Of a stretch of DNA of 64,000 nucleotides, positions 1-16,563 are shown piece by piece. The stretch's first letter is position 1, and every line of letters begins with the position of its first letter. The translations under genes and the position numbers were made by a program. Under the pieces are notes generated by a model. It worked only from the letters and a program-made list of their open reading frames with translations. It searched no databases and was not told the origin of the DNA. This stretch comes from Felis catus. Lineage: Eukaryota. The stretch lies in NCBI RefSeq assembly GCF_018350175.1, contig NC_058369.1, forward strand, positions 10,170,001 through 10,234,000, given 5' to 3'.

Positions 1-94
1 AGCACGTGCAATAACAGCAGGGTCCCTGATGCCGGGCAGCGAGAGGTGGGTGCAGCCAGTGGAGGGGACCCTGACCCTCTGGCTTTGTCCTCAG

Positions 95-3000
95 ATGTGA
101 ATGAATGTACCTCGGGGCAAAACCCGTGCCACAACACCACCCACTGCCTCAACAACATTGGGAGCTATGAGTGCCGCTGCCGCCCTGGCTGGAAGCCCAT
201 TCCTGGGTCCCCCAATGGCCCAAACAACACCGTCTGTGAAGGTCCAGAGCTCAGATGCCACGTCCTGGAGACCCACACTCAGAACAGCTGATTGCATGCG
301 TATTCAGTGGCACCCACACCACCCAAGCAGAATGAATGCTGGCGGTGCCCTCCTGTGCCAAGCGTTAATTCTCTTGAGGCTAGATGGGAAAAGATCTGGG
401 GGGGGGGGGGCGGGGATCCTGGGGAAGGAGCCGGGGTACTGAGGAGCAGGCTCCTTGGAGACCCCAGGCGGCAGCTAATTACCAACTGGGACAAAGGTGT
501 TTCAATAGTTCACAACCTGCACATCTGTACAGGGCTCACGTGCTATGTGTCAGGCCTCCCCACACTTCCCATAACTCCTGCATCACCAGGATGTGGGGTC
601 GGCAGGGGACGTCACCTCCAGCCAAGGTGGGAGGTACTAATATGGGGAAAGGGGGCGGGACACAGAAGGAGAAGGGCCCGAGTCCCATCTTTGTGTCCCC
701 AGATGTGGATGAGTGCAGCTTCCGGCCGCCTGTGTGCCACAACTCCACCGTCTGCGTCAACACCGTGGGCTCATACAGGTGCCGCTGCCGCCGTGGCTGG
801 GAGCTCAAACCCGGATTCCAGAATAAGCAAATGAACACCACCTGTCAAGGTAGCTGGTCTGACCTGACCCCAGCCGCCATCCCAACACACACACAGACAC
901 TCTCACACCTAATAAATGGCTGTTTTATCGCCTGCAGAGATGTCCTTCCCTGCCTGGACCGAACCCCCTGGAATCAAGAGCCAGGTGGGTGGCCCCAGCA
1001 GGGACCAGGAGGCAGGAATCCCTCTGTGCCGCCCGCCTAATTCCCCCAGTTTCCCCAAGCTCCCCCCCCCCACCCCAACACACATACGCGAGGCTCTCTG
1101 ACCCGCCCCTTCTCCTCTCTTCCCAGAGACTCTCCGACTTCTTTAAAAAAGTCCAAGTTCTGCGCAGAGACTTCAAGCCGGCCTTGGCTCAGGACACCAT
1201 CCAGGTAAGAGCAAGCGCTGGGGGGGGGGGGGGGGGTGTGAACCCGTGGACAGCATGGGGTGGCAGAGGGATGCTTCCGTGTGAGTGGAGACAGCCCAAG
1301 CAGGGGTTACACGAGCACAAACACAAACATACATACACCCCTTAAAACGCACACACGCACACTGGAGAGGCACAGAATGCCAACAGAATGCAGCAGTCAA
1401 GAATTTCGCCTCCCTAGTTAGGCCACAAGGGCTCAAATCCCCCCCATCCCACCCACCCTGCCCCACCGATTGCCACTTTCTGCTGTGTGACGTCAGGCGA
1501 GTGAGTCTCCCTCTCTGAGCCTCATTCTCCTCGTCTGAAAATAGTGCCTGCTTTACACAGTTGGGTTTGAAGGTTTCTGTGAACCAAAAGAAGTAAGGCT
1601 CAAAGAAAGAACGGTGCCTGGCACACAGTGAGCATGATGTGTTAAGGTTTAGCCTATGTGTTAAGCTGGGGAGAAATATGTGAGCCCATGTCATTTTAAA
1701 TTTTCCAGTAGTGGGGCGCCTGACTGGCTCAGTCGGAAGGGCGTGCCACTCTTGGTCTCGGGGTTGTGAGTTCAAGCCCCACGCTGGGTGTAGAGATGGC
1801 TATAAAATTGTTTTAAATTATATATGCTAACTAAATTGGATGTAAATTTTAAAAATAAAATTAAATATATATATCAAAAAAATTTTAATTAAAAAAGCAA
1901 ACAAAAATAAAAATTTCCAGTAGCTACATTAAAATAAACAAAAGTAAACAAGTGAAATTGATGTGGAGATCGCATTTAACCCAGCAGATTCAAAATTATT
2001 CCCATTTCAACGTGGACCCAGATTTCGAGTGCTGGATAGCCATGTGTGGCTTGTGGCAATTCTGCTGGTCAGTGCAGGTGTAGAGCCTGGGAGGAAGCCC
2101 GTGCCTGTCCCCCAGGCAACCCCAGGTGGTTCTGCAGTGTGCCCCTAGGTAGAGGCGGGTTGAAGTCAGGCAGCCCTTGCGGGGCAGTGACCCACCAGCT
2201 GTCACCCATCCCCCCCAGAGCCTCATCACGTCAGTGGATGAGCTGCTGGAAGTCCCCAGTGACCTGGACGCCTTGGCCCTGCCTGAAAGGCACAAGGTGG
2301 CCACCCACCTCCTCTCTGAGCTTGAAAGAGTCCTGAGGACCTTGGCCAAGGCCATGCCTGGAGCCTCCTTCACCTACAGTTCCCGTTTGAAAACAGGTGA
2401 GACCTCGCCCTGCCCGGGGCCTCATCCGGCACCCAGAGCCCCCGATCACTGCCCCTCTCTTCTCAGAGCTGTCCCTGATGATCCAGGAGCAAGGGGACGG
2501 ATACGCCACCATAGGCCAGAGCCATGCACGGATGCTGCTGGACTGGGCTGTGGCAACCGCAGCCAGGGACTCAGGTAACAGCGGGGATCCGGAGGGGACT
2601 CCCGTGGGAAAGGGGAGGAGGAGCTGGGATGTGGCAAGGGTTGAGGTTCTAAATATGCAACAACTGGAAACTGGCCTATTGCCAGGGATCCCAGGCATCA
2701 TGGTGTCCTGGAGGGCCTGAATAGACATCCTGGGAGGGAGGATGAGGCGTGGGAGGAGGAAGGGCAGAAGGTAGTAGCCGGCCTGTCTACCCCCCAGACC
2801 CCACCGTGATGGGCATCTTCTCCAGCTGTAAAATGCAGAGATTGCTGGCCAACGCCTCCTTGGAGTTGGACCCCGAGACGAAAGCTAAGCTAAAAGATCT
2901 CCACCAAAGTCCTGTCCGTGGCGCCCAGTACAAGCTCCTCTCAGCCGTCAACTTGGTCTTTCTGAGCAACACAAACACCGAGCACCTTGACTCTCCGGTC

Positions 3001-6000
3001 ACCTTTGCCTTCTCCCACCCTGTGAGTCCTCTGGTGGGGAGGAATCAGTCCTACTGCTCACTCCTTAGCCAGGGTCACAGGGGTTCCTCTGCAGCCTTCA
3101 TTTCCCTACTCTGCTTCTTCCTCAAACGGACCTCAGGGCCTTTGCATCTGCTGTGCCTTCTGTGTGAGACACACCGTCTCCCACGTGACTCAGTCCTTTA
3201 CCTGGTTCCAGTCTTTGTTCAAATGTCACCTCTTCTTTTAGGTCTTCCTTGACCTCCTCATTTAAAATTACAGTCTGTAATCATGCCCCACCTTCCCCTA
3301 TGCTGTTTCTCTTTTCAAAAGCTCTTACTACCTTCTAAAACGCCATCTAGTTTCCTTATCAGGTTCATTATTTACATCGGTCTCCCTCACTGGCATGCCG
3401 AGCCCAGAAGGGCAGGGACTTGTGTCAGCCCTGTTCATTGTGTGCCAGACCAGGGGACACAGCAAAGGAGGCGCTCAGTAAATACCTGTCAAATGAAAAA
3501 CAGCCCTCCTCGGGCTCAACCAAGCCCAGGACCCAAGAGTGGGCTCCAGGCTAACCTCTCCAACCATTCCCGCCTGCCTGCAGATGGAGACACCCGGACC
3601 GCGGCAGGGGCTGGTGTGTGCATTCTGGAAGAGTGACGACAGGGGCGGAGGGCACTGGAACACCACGGGCTGCTGGACCCGGGGCACCAGGAATAACAGC
3701 ACCACGTGCCAGTGCAGCCACCTGAGCAGCTTTGCCATCCTCATGGCCCACTATGACATAGAGGTGAGCAGCCCTCAAAAGCCCACAGGTGGCAAGCCTG
3801 GCTTAGGTGAGACAGATAGCTGTATGGTCACACAGCCCCAGTGGTCCCACCCCATGCCCCCCAGCCCCTTCCCTGGGACCCAGCAACTGCTCTGGCTAGC
3901 GCCTCTCTGACTGTCCATCTGGAACCGGTGGTTAAATAATCGCTAAAAGCTCCAAAGGGAGTACAAGGCTCTGTATGTGGCTTCAGAGATACACAGAGAA
4001 GCTGGGCCACGCATTTAATTGAAATGGGCCAGGCAGAGTATGGGAGGCTCTGGTCCAAGCCAAAAGCCCAGGAAGGACAAAAAGGCAGGTTTCAACGAGT
4101 TGATAGAGGTGGCCAGGTGTAGGAGGGGTAGAACTTGAGATGAGCGAGGAGGGTCAGAGAGGTGGGACCATTAGTGTTAGAAAGAAGAATGTGGCCTTGA
4201 GGCTTAGCGCGGGGAGGCCCATCAGGAGGAACTGGGATCCCTGGTGCATCCGTGGTTGTGTGTGTGCATTGCGCGGGGTGGTGGGTGTTTAGGAAGAGAC
4301 ACAAAGAAAGCCTGTTCAAGCGTTGAAGGCAGGGGATGTGGGGGGAGGCGAGTGCATGATCTCCAGAGACCTGGAGGGCAGGCCCCTAATGGGTCCGGGT
4401 GGTGGGGCCCGCAAGGAGGGCAGGAAGGGCTCAGGGCGCTGACGGAGCCCCACGCACCCCATCCTGCATCTAGGACCCGAAGCTGGCCCTGATCACCAAG
4501 GTGGGGCTAGCGCTGTCGCTAGTCTGCCTGCTGCTATGCATTCTCACCTTCCTGCTGGTGCGGCCCATCCAGGGCTCGCGCACCACCGTGCACCTGCATC
4601 TCTGCATCTGCCTCTTCGTGGGCTCCGCCATCTTCCTGGCGGGCATCGAGAACGAAGGCGGCCAGGTGAGGTCCGGGGCGGTGGGAACGTCTCACCTCCA
4701 CCAGAACCCCAGGCCGGCGGCGCCCGGGAGGGGGAGCGCCCCGTCCAGTCCCGGGGCTGGGTGGCCACCGCCCGCTCCGCCCCGCGCGAGGTCCTCGGCA
4801 CTACAGAGCTGTGGCCGCTCGTCCCCGCCCGCCCCGAGGGCCCTGGCGGGGCGCGGCCCCGCCCCGCACTGACGTCGCCCCGCCCCCGCCCCGCCCCCGC
4901 CCCGCCCCCGCCCCGCCCCCGCCCCGCAGGTGGGGCTGCGCTGCCGCCTGGTGGCCGGACTGTTGCACTACTGCTTCCTGGCCGCTTTCTGCTGGATGAG
5001 CCTCGAGGGACTGGAGCTTTACTTCCTGGTGGTGCGCGTGTTCCACGGCCAGGGCCTGAGCAAGTGCTGGCTCTACCTGATCGGCTATGGGGTGCCCCTG
5101 CTCATCGTGGCCATCTCGGCGGCCGTCAGACAAGAGCACCACGGCCGCTCCCTCTAGTGAGTGCAGCGGAGCGGTCCGATGGGAGGGCAGGGGACCACGG
5201 TCCTGGCCAGTGTCCTTCCCCTCTGGGGAGCTGACATGACCCTCCCTTTCCACCCAGTTGCTGGTTGAACCCAAAAGATGGCTTCCTCTGGAGCTTCCTG
5301 GGACCTGTGATCTTCATCGTTCTGGTAGCCGCCCCCACCCCACACCTGAGGAGCGCAGCCACACTGGGCCAGCTCTCCCCACCCCACCCCCCCCCCCCGC
5401 CCCCACAGTCCCAGGGATTCCCCCTAATGCCAGTTCTACCTTCCCCCCAACCCAGTTCAATGCTGTCATCTTCGTGACTACTGTCTGGAAACTCACGCAG
5501 AAGTTTTCTGAGATCAACCCAGACATGAAGAAACTTAAGAAGGCCAGGTGAGAGTGGAGGGCAGGGAAGGGGCTGGCAGGGAGCAGAGGGTGCGCGAGGG
5601 GGGCCTCCCCCACTGCAACGCTGTCCTCTCCGCAGGGTAATGACCATCACGGCTGTCGCTCAGCTCTTTCTGCTGGGCAGCACCTGGGTCTTCGGCCTGT
5701 TCCTCTTTAACCCACACAGCTGGGTGCTGTCCTACACCTTCACCGTCCTCAACTGCCTGCAAGGCTTCTTCCTCTTCCTCTTCCACTGCCTGCTCAACAA
5801 GAAGGTGGGCTGTGGCTGGGCTGGGGGGGGGGGGCGGTGCACCAGGCCCCCCTGCCTGGGGCCTGCCCCTTCCCTAACCTGGCTCCCCGGGCCCCACAGG
5901 TGAGGGAGGAGTACCGGAAGTGGGCCGGCTGGGTCACCGGGAACAGGTACTCGGAGTTCACCACCTCCTCAACCAACCAGACTCAGGTAAGGGCTGAGCC

Positions 6001-6100
6001 TGGGGTAGGGGTGCTGGGCCAGAGGACACCCAGCCCAGGCTCTGTGCTCACAGTGTACCTTTCTTACCAGGCCCACAGGCCTTCGGAGTCCGGCATGTGA
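95..6100 (+). CDS. ADGRE5: Adhesion GPCR E5 (CD97), 5'-partial: last two EGF-like domains, GAIN/GPS, 7TM, C-tail
   Basis: Phase-consistent GT-AG exons: 95-241 ([15 protein letters not shown]..), 703-849 (EGF), 938-984, 1127-1204, 2219-2396, 2467-2574, 2798-3021, 3584-3763 ([24 protein letters not shown]), 4474-4665, 4930-5156, 5258-5324, 5456-5547, 5636-5804, 5900-5986, 6071-6100 (..SESGM*). The C-terminus and adjacency to DDX39A favour ADGRE5 over ADGRE2. Confidence 0.95.
1675..2080. mobile_element. MER3/MER33-like hAT DNA transposon interrupted by a short tRNA-derived SINE (1712-1910)
   Basis: Recalled MER3-type motifs (aattttccagtagctacatt..tagccatgtgtggcttgtggc); SINE head ggggcgcctgactggctcagtcg with TSD aaatt(t)tccagtag on both sides. 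Confidence 0.6.
4480..5200. promoter_or_regulatory. Intragenic CpG island in ADGRE5 containing a (GCCCCGCCCCC)4.5 repeat
   Basis: Dense CpG; 11-bp repeat at 4877-4925. Confidence 0.65.
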
Positions 6101-6692
6101 CAGCGCGGCTCCCACCAGACCAGGAGGTCCTGTGGCCTCAGCAGCTTTTGCACGTGTTGAACGACGGTCCCCTCCTCTCTCGCCCCTCTGCTCCCTCCGC
6201 CAGCCTGCCTCGGCCCCCATGTGCACCACAGAAAGCAGGGGGCAGCAGCTGTGGTCTGGCCCAGGAAGCCCAGAACACCCAGCCTGGCGGAGAGTTGGAC
6301 CCGCCGGGCCTGCTTCTGCTGGCTGCCTCCCTGCCCCACCCCAGCCAGGACCCAGGGTGAGGGCAGGAGTCCGGCCCAGGGCCGCAGTGCCTTTCCCGGC
6401 TACCCCAGGCCTGTCAGACTGAGGACGCTGTGCCCAGCCAGGCCCTTTCCCCTCGTCTGTTTTTGCTACAGAACAAGAGGCCAGGGTGCTGGGGCTCTAG
6501 CTCCCCGTTAAGCTAAGACTGAGGCCAGGGGTGGGGGAAAAGCAGGGCCCCTCCCAGCCCCACTGCCTGAGGCTCACGGTACAGAAGCCCATCTGCTCCT
6601 GGAGGCAGAAGGCTCTCACTTGTTTGGAAAGTTGTGAATGTGGTATGTTGTTGTTTTTAATCTGTATAAACTTTTCAACATCGACACATAAA

Positions 6693-6698
6693 ATTAAA
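6693..6698 (+). terminator. ADGRE5 proximal polyadenylation signal (ATTAAA)
   Basis: ATTAAA ~600 nt after the stop codon; a second AATAAA lies at 6805-6810. Confidence 0.6.
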
Positions 6699-6812
6699 CG
6701 TCCTACTGATAAAGAAAATTGCTGTGGAGCTCCCTGGCCAGGCCTGCTACACCCACGAAAAGCTGAGAGCCGAGCAACACGCAGGGTGGAAGACAGACTT
6801 CCGTAATAAAAC

Positions 6813-6818
6813 TTTACT
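6813..6818 (-). terminator. DDX39A polyadenylation signal, variant AGTAAA
   Basis: Plus-strand TTTACT (AGTAAA on minus) ~115 nt past the DDX39A stop. Confidence 0.45.
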
Positions 6819-6932
6819 CTTACACAAATCTACAGCTTTTAAACAGTAAAAAGGGAAGCCCCGCTGGTGCCTAGAAAGAGGACTTGAAGCAGCACTCAGG
6901 AGACAGGGCGACTCTGGCCACCAGGCGTGTGG

Positions 6933-11261
<4,329 letters not shown>

Positions 11262-12648
11262 GGCGCTGACAACAGAGGAGGGAGGAAGGGTCGAGGGAAG
11301 CGAGTGAGTTTGAGAAAGAAAACTCCCCCGTCCAGGGAGAAGACCGCCCAGCAGCTGCAGTCTACGGACACAGGTCGAGGAGGGACAAAGCACCGGAGCC
11401 ATCTTCCGAGCTGGTACAGCTGACGAAGCCAAGACGGGGCCAGCGCTCTGACCCCTCTCCCTCACACTCCCCACAGACTCCTGCACAAAGTCCCACCGGC
11501 TCCTCCCGGGCAGCACCTCCCAGCCTCAGCTTGTCCCGGTCACACCTTCACTCCTGCACCCCCTCAGCTTTCCCCGTGCCCCTCTCCGCCACACTCACAC
11601 ATGCACACACACCCCTGGTTCCAGGGCCCCCCTCTGCTCTCACAGTGAAATCCCCATACTTCCCCATGGCTCTCGCATCCCTGTGCATTGTCCCCGGCAC
11701 ACCTCGTTCCACAAGACCCCTGTCAAACCACCCGCAGCCTTGTCTGCCCGCTCGCTCATCAAGCCCCTACCCCAAGCATATGCCGCACGTGGCCGCCGCC
11801 AGGAAAACTCTAATAAACCTCAGGCCACCTAAGCCAAAGGAGGCCCCCTCCCCACCACTCCGCAAAGAGTCTACCGGGCCTGCACAGGATAGGACCCCTG
11901 GGACCAGGAGATGTGGCTGCCAGAACGCTGGAGAGACCTGAGTCTGTAGGAGCAGAGTCGCGCCCTGCCCCAGCTCCTCCCGCTACTTGTGGTCTGCACA
12001 GGGGAATAATTAAGTACTGTCATCAGCAGCCTTCCCACCGCGCCCAGGCCGCTAAAAATGAAGCGGAGATGGTAAAAAGAATTAATACAGTTTGCTCCCT
12101 TCCTGCCTTATCCAGTATGGGCACAGGACCTACGGGGCGCAAGCTACAAGGGTCCCAAATGTGAGAATATGGTCTTCTGCCCTCCCAACTCCATCCAGCC
12201 TCCAGTCTAGACGGAGAGGATGCTGAAGTAGTCCCTCTTCTCCCTGAGCCGGATGTGGAGGGTCCTGGGCCCACTTTCTGGCCCTCCTGTCACTCATTCT
12301 CTCTGTGACTTCATCCAGCCCCAGGGCTTTGACCACCTCTGTGCAGAGGCCTCCCAAACTTGTGTCTCCATCGGGTGACAGCTTCCCTCAACAACAGACT
12401 CCGTTACCCAACTGCCTCTGCGACATCGACCCTTCAAAGCTGAACTCAAAATCCCAAGAGTAAAACCCTCCGTTCCTTCCTGCAGGCCTGCTTCTCAAAA
12501 GAGGCAATTTCATTCTCTCACTGGCTTTCTCTCTCTCCCCTGTCCAATCCCAACAAATCCCAACAGGACAATTAGGCCACTGCTTGCCCCTGCTACCTCA
12601 CTGGTCCCAAGCTACCTCCACCTTTCTTTTTTAGAATTAGAACAGCTA

Positions 12649-12996
12649 GGGGCGCCTGGGTGGCTCAGTCGGTTAAGCGTCCGACTTGAGCTCAGGTCAG
12701 GATCTCGCGGTTCGTGAGTTCAAGCCCCGCGTCGGGCTCTGGGCTGACAGCTCAGGGCCTGGAGGCTGCCTTGGATTCTGCGTCTCCCTCTCTCTCTGCC
12801 CCTCCCCTGCTCGTGCTCTGTCTCTCTCTGTATCAAAAATAAATAAAATTAAAACATTAAAAATTTTTTAATTTATTATTTTATTTTAATATATTTTAAT
12901 AATCAATAAAATATTAATAATTAATAATAAAAATTAATAATTAAAATATAAATTAAAATACTTTAATAATTATTTAATTTATTTTTAATGAAATAA
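12649..12996 (+). mobile_element. CAN-SINE with expanded AT-rich tail
   Basis: SINE head and body, ~160 nt nearly pure A/T tail, TSD aattagaacagct (12635-12647, 12997-13009). Confidence 0.93.
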
Positions 12997-13079
12997 AATT
13001 AGAACAGCTTTATTGAGATATTCACATGGTATATTGTTCACCACTTTCAACGTCCCATATATTGGTTTTTGGTATTTTT

Positions 13080-13135
13080 TTTAACTTCTTAGTTTTGAGA
13101 CCAAGAAAGCACATGTGCACAAGCAGGGGAGGGGC

Positions 13136-13166
<31 letters not shown>

Positions 13167-13277
13167 GGGAGACAGAGAATCCCAAGCAGGCTCCACGCTG
13201 CCAGAGCAGAGCCCCATTCGGGGCCCCATCTCACGAACTGCAAGATCATGACCTGAGCCGAAATCCAGAGTCAGACA
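13080..13277 (-). mobile_element. CAN-SINE (5'-truncated) within an old L1 fragment
   Basis: Reverse-complement SINE body with (GA)n; the flanks resemble L1M 3' sequence. Confidence 0.85.
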
Positions 13278-14999
13278 GCCAGTTTTTAGTATTTTTAATA
13301 CAGTCCGGGATAAGTTCAACGACCACCACAGTTGGATTCGTTACCCATTTCAGTCAGTCTTGAAAAAGACCAGACCCTTTCCCTCTCATCCTTCCCCCCT
13401 CAGTCCTCTGGGCAACCGTTAACCCATTAACCTGCTTTCTTTCCGTTTGCTTGTTTCTGCCGTTTCTCCCTGGAATCAACATACAATATGCAACCATCTG
13501 TCCTGTCAGCACGTTCTGAGGTTCATCCACTCTGCGAGAGGCATCAGCACCTCACTCCTGCTCGTGGCGGAACACTCCCCTGTGCGGGGCCGCCACTCTG
13601 TCCGTTGTCAGTTGGTGGCTCTGGGGGCGCCATCATCTCTTGCCTGGATGAGGCCCACAGTCTCCCTGTTTTCCACCCCCCTCCATCGTCTCTCCCCACA
13701 AAAGCCAGTGGGAGCCCACTAAAAGCGAAGTCGGAAAATGCTCAAAATCCCCCACAGGCTCCTACTGGGCTCAGAATAAAACTCAGGGGTCCTCAGCCTG
13801 ACCTACCGGACCCTACACAAACTGACCCCCCCCCACACACACCACGTTCGAACCTCATCTCCTCCGTCACCCCCACTCACCGGCCTTGCTGCTGTGCCCC
13901 TCACGCATGCCTCAGCCCCTTCGCACCTGCCATGCCCACTGCCGGCAGTGGCCGTGAGTCCCCCCGCTTCCTTCAGGACTCTTGCTCCAGAAGGACATTT
14001 CTGGCAGGCCCCAGCTAAAAACGCACCCTTGTTCAGGTCATGCCTGCCAGCCCTTTGGCCCAGCCCAGAGCCTAAAACAGATAAGCACTCACACGCAAAG
14101 GCCCAATGAATAAAATTAAAATCGAGGCCTTCAGGCAGAACTTGGGGGCTAAAGCCAGCGTATGCCCTCATCTGATTGCTGAAAAAGGCAACCTGAACGC
14201 GAAGGGGCTATTTCCCAGGCAGCCGAGAAAAGGGGAGGAGCCAGGAAAGGTCGGTTCCAAAGCACCACGCCCTTCTGGGGAATGGAGAGCAAGACGGGCT
14301 GAAGCAGAGGCAGAGGAGGAAGCTCGGAAAGCCGGTCTGATCGAGGGCACTCGTACTTTACCTGCGAAGCAACAGGGAATCACCAAGGAGGTTTCTGAGG
14401 GGAGTAATGGCCCAAGAGCAGCTTGCTCTAGAGGAGACGAGCGGGGAAGGAGACCACGGGGAAAGCCAGTCACGAGGAGAGAGGATTAACCAGGGTGGGG
14501 GTGGTATGAGGGAACAACAAAATGGCACACTCAACAGGGCAGGACCATCTCCTGGGCAATCCCTGGGCAGATAACCGCTCGGAGCCGCCTACCCTGAGCT
14601 CCCAACCTGGGTGGCCAAGAGGGGACGGTGCAGTCAAAACAAACACAAACGTCAAGTGAAGTCTTTTTGTTCTTACAGGGGACAGATTCAGGGACAGCCT
14701 GAGTTGGAGGCACAAAATTCTCTAGGAAGTGGCTACAGGGGCTCTAAAACTGAAAACAAATGAGACGGGGAGGGAACTGGGGGAGGGGCGTTTGTCCCAC
14801 CCGGGGGGGCTGCGACGGCTGCGGCCCCCGGAACAGACCAACTCGAAAGCGGACACCCGGAAAGTGACAATTCAGACTAGCTCACGGTACCCATTCATTC
14901 TCAAGTGCCCCAGGGAAGACTTCCACTTCAGGGTTCGCCTCGGTGACATCTGTTTTATTCTAAATCTCTGGAAGTCCGAATCCCCTAACCACATAGCAA

Positions 15000-15900
15000 C
15001 AGCACAGCAGGGTGGGGGAGGGCAAGTCCCTCGACTCGGAGAAGCCTAACGCGTCTACAAGGTCGGGATTCTCCCACCGCAACTCCAGACCCTGGCGCCC
15101 GGCCCCCAGAGTCCCTCCCCAAACGACTAGGGGGTCTCCTCTGACAGACAGACCTTCTCCCCAAGTCAGGCTCGACCCGCGAGCCGCCATGACAGCCCAC
15201 TCCCGGAAGCGGGAACCAGCCCAGCGCGCCAAGAGCTACCGCCCCCCCCCCCCCCCCGACGCCTTGCGCATGCGCTATGGCGTTCAACGGCCGCTGCCGC
15301 GCGCGGCGGACGTCCCAACCGCCCCCCTTGTCTCGCGCCCCCTCCTCCTCATCCTCCCTTCAACTCCCAGGGTCTCCCCTCGCCCGCTCGCCCGCAGGTC
15401 CGACGTCTCCGCACCGTGGCCCCGCGCTCCGGGTGCTTCGCTCACCTGGTTCCCCGTTCGCCTCCGCGCGCTGTGAGGAGTACCGTCCGACTCTGGCTAC
15501 CGGTCTCGCGCCCCGACACGAGCCACAACGCTTCCTGCCTCCTGCGTCGGACTGCGGCTCTGCTCACTGGACTGCTGGCTTCTCATTCAAGAAAGGAGGA
15601 AGCGGTGATTGGATGCTGCAGGAGGCGTCTGGAAGCTATTGGTGGAGAGAGGAAAGGGGGCGTGCCTCACGCCTCGGCTTCATTGGCCAATCTAAAAGTA
15701 GGCGCCCTGGTCTAAGGCCGACGTGAGCCCGTGCGCTGTCACGTGATTGGGGTTTTTCCGTCGGTGGGCGTCGACATATTTAGTACTGGCAGCGGAAGCC
15801 GGCTTGATTTGCCTGTCGGCTGTGTAGCATCTGTCTGTTAACGTGGATTTTACGCTGGGCATGGGATTCAAGGGTTTCGAAGTGGGCATCAACTCGCGAC
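15000..15900 (-). promoter_or_regulatory. DDX39A CpG-island promoter with multiple CCAAT boxes, E-box and NRF1 motif
   Basis: ATTGG at 15608, 15638, 15682 (ATTGGCCAAT) and 15746; GTCACGTG at 15738-15745; TGCGCATGCGC at 15265-15275; CGGAAG ETS cores. Confidence 0.8.
15446..15545 (-). other. DDX39A: DDX39A non-coding exon 1 (TSS approximate)
   Basis: Donor CAG|GTGAGC at 15446/15445 inside a CpG island, directly downstream of the CCAAT cluster; the exon 2 acceptor is 4 nt before the ATG (11265). Confidence 0.75.
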
Positions 15901-16269
15901 TTCTTGGTTCTTCGGGGTGAGCCCGTAAAAGGGTCCTGAGAAGGACTGGGAGGTCGGAATGTCTCCAATGTGGAGAGGACAGGCTGCACCCGCAGTGGGG
16001 AAGGGACCGCTCGGGGCCCAGAGAGAAATGCGCGTCATCAACGTTTCCCATTTGCTGAGAGTCTTGTCCTGGATCAGACTCTGTACTAGTGGCCATGCAG
16101 GCTCAGGCCACAAAACCCAAACCAGGATGTTTCACTCATAAGACGTTTTGGATTTTAATTTATCCTTATATTACATTTTCCCAACCTTACCCCCCTCCCC
16201 CTGCCTTGTACTTTACTGAGGAAAAAGTCATAAGAAAAGGTCCCCTGATTTTTCAAGATTGACAGCCGA

Positions 16270-16563
16270 CTGACGATTGCCCAGTGAAGATACAGAACAT
16301 TTCCGTCACCCCCAGAAAGTTCTGTTGTGCCCCAGTCAGGTCTACCCTCAGCCCCAACCGGGCAAAACACTGTGAATTTCTATCACTATCCATGGGTTCT
16401 GGTCTCGAATTTCAGATAAACAGCATCATGCAATAGGTTGTCTTTTATATCTGGCTTTTTTGGCTCAACAAAATGTTTTTTGACGTCTGGTGCTGCATGT
16501 ACTTACTAGCTTTGTTTTGTTTTTTGTTTTTCCCTTGCTGAGTAGTAGTTCACCCTGTGGCTA
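16270..16563 (-). mobile_element. Old L1M fragment, left part; continues after the ERV at ~23845-24150
   Basis: ..ttgctgagtagtagttc.. joins ..ccacattt..acagacatctg..ttggccattatt..atgcctagaaacggaatg, a contiguous L1 3' antisense sequence split by the provirus. Confidence 0.7.

Noticed and set aside
398..1236. Long G homopolymers (C runs also near 15242, 33067, 39254 and 59950) as functional elements
   Set aside because: Simple mononucleotide runs of uncertain length accuracy with no shared context.
1712..1800. tRNA gene
   Set aside because: It is a tRNA-derived SINE head with AT-rich tail and TSD; the same applies to the other SINE heads.
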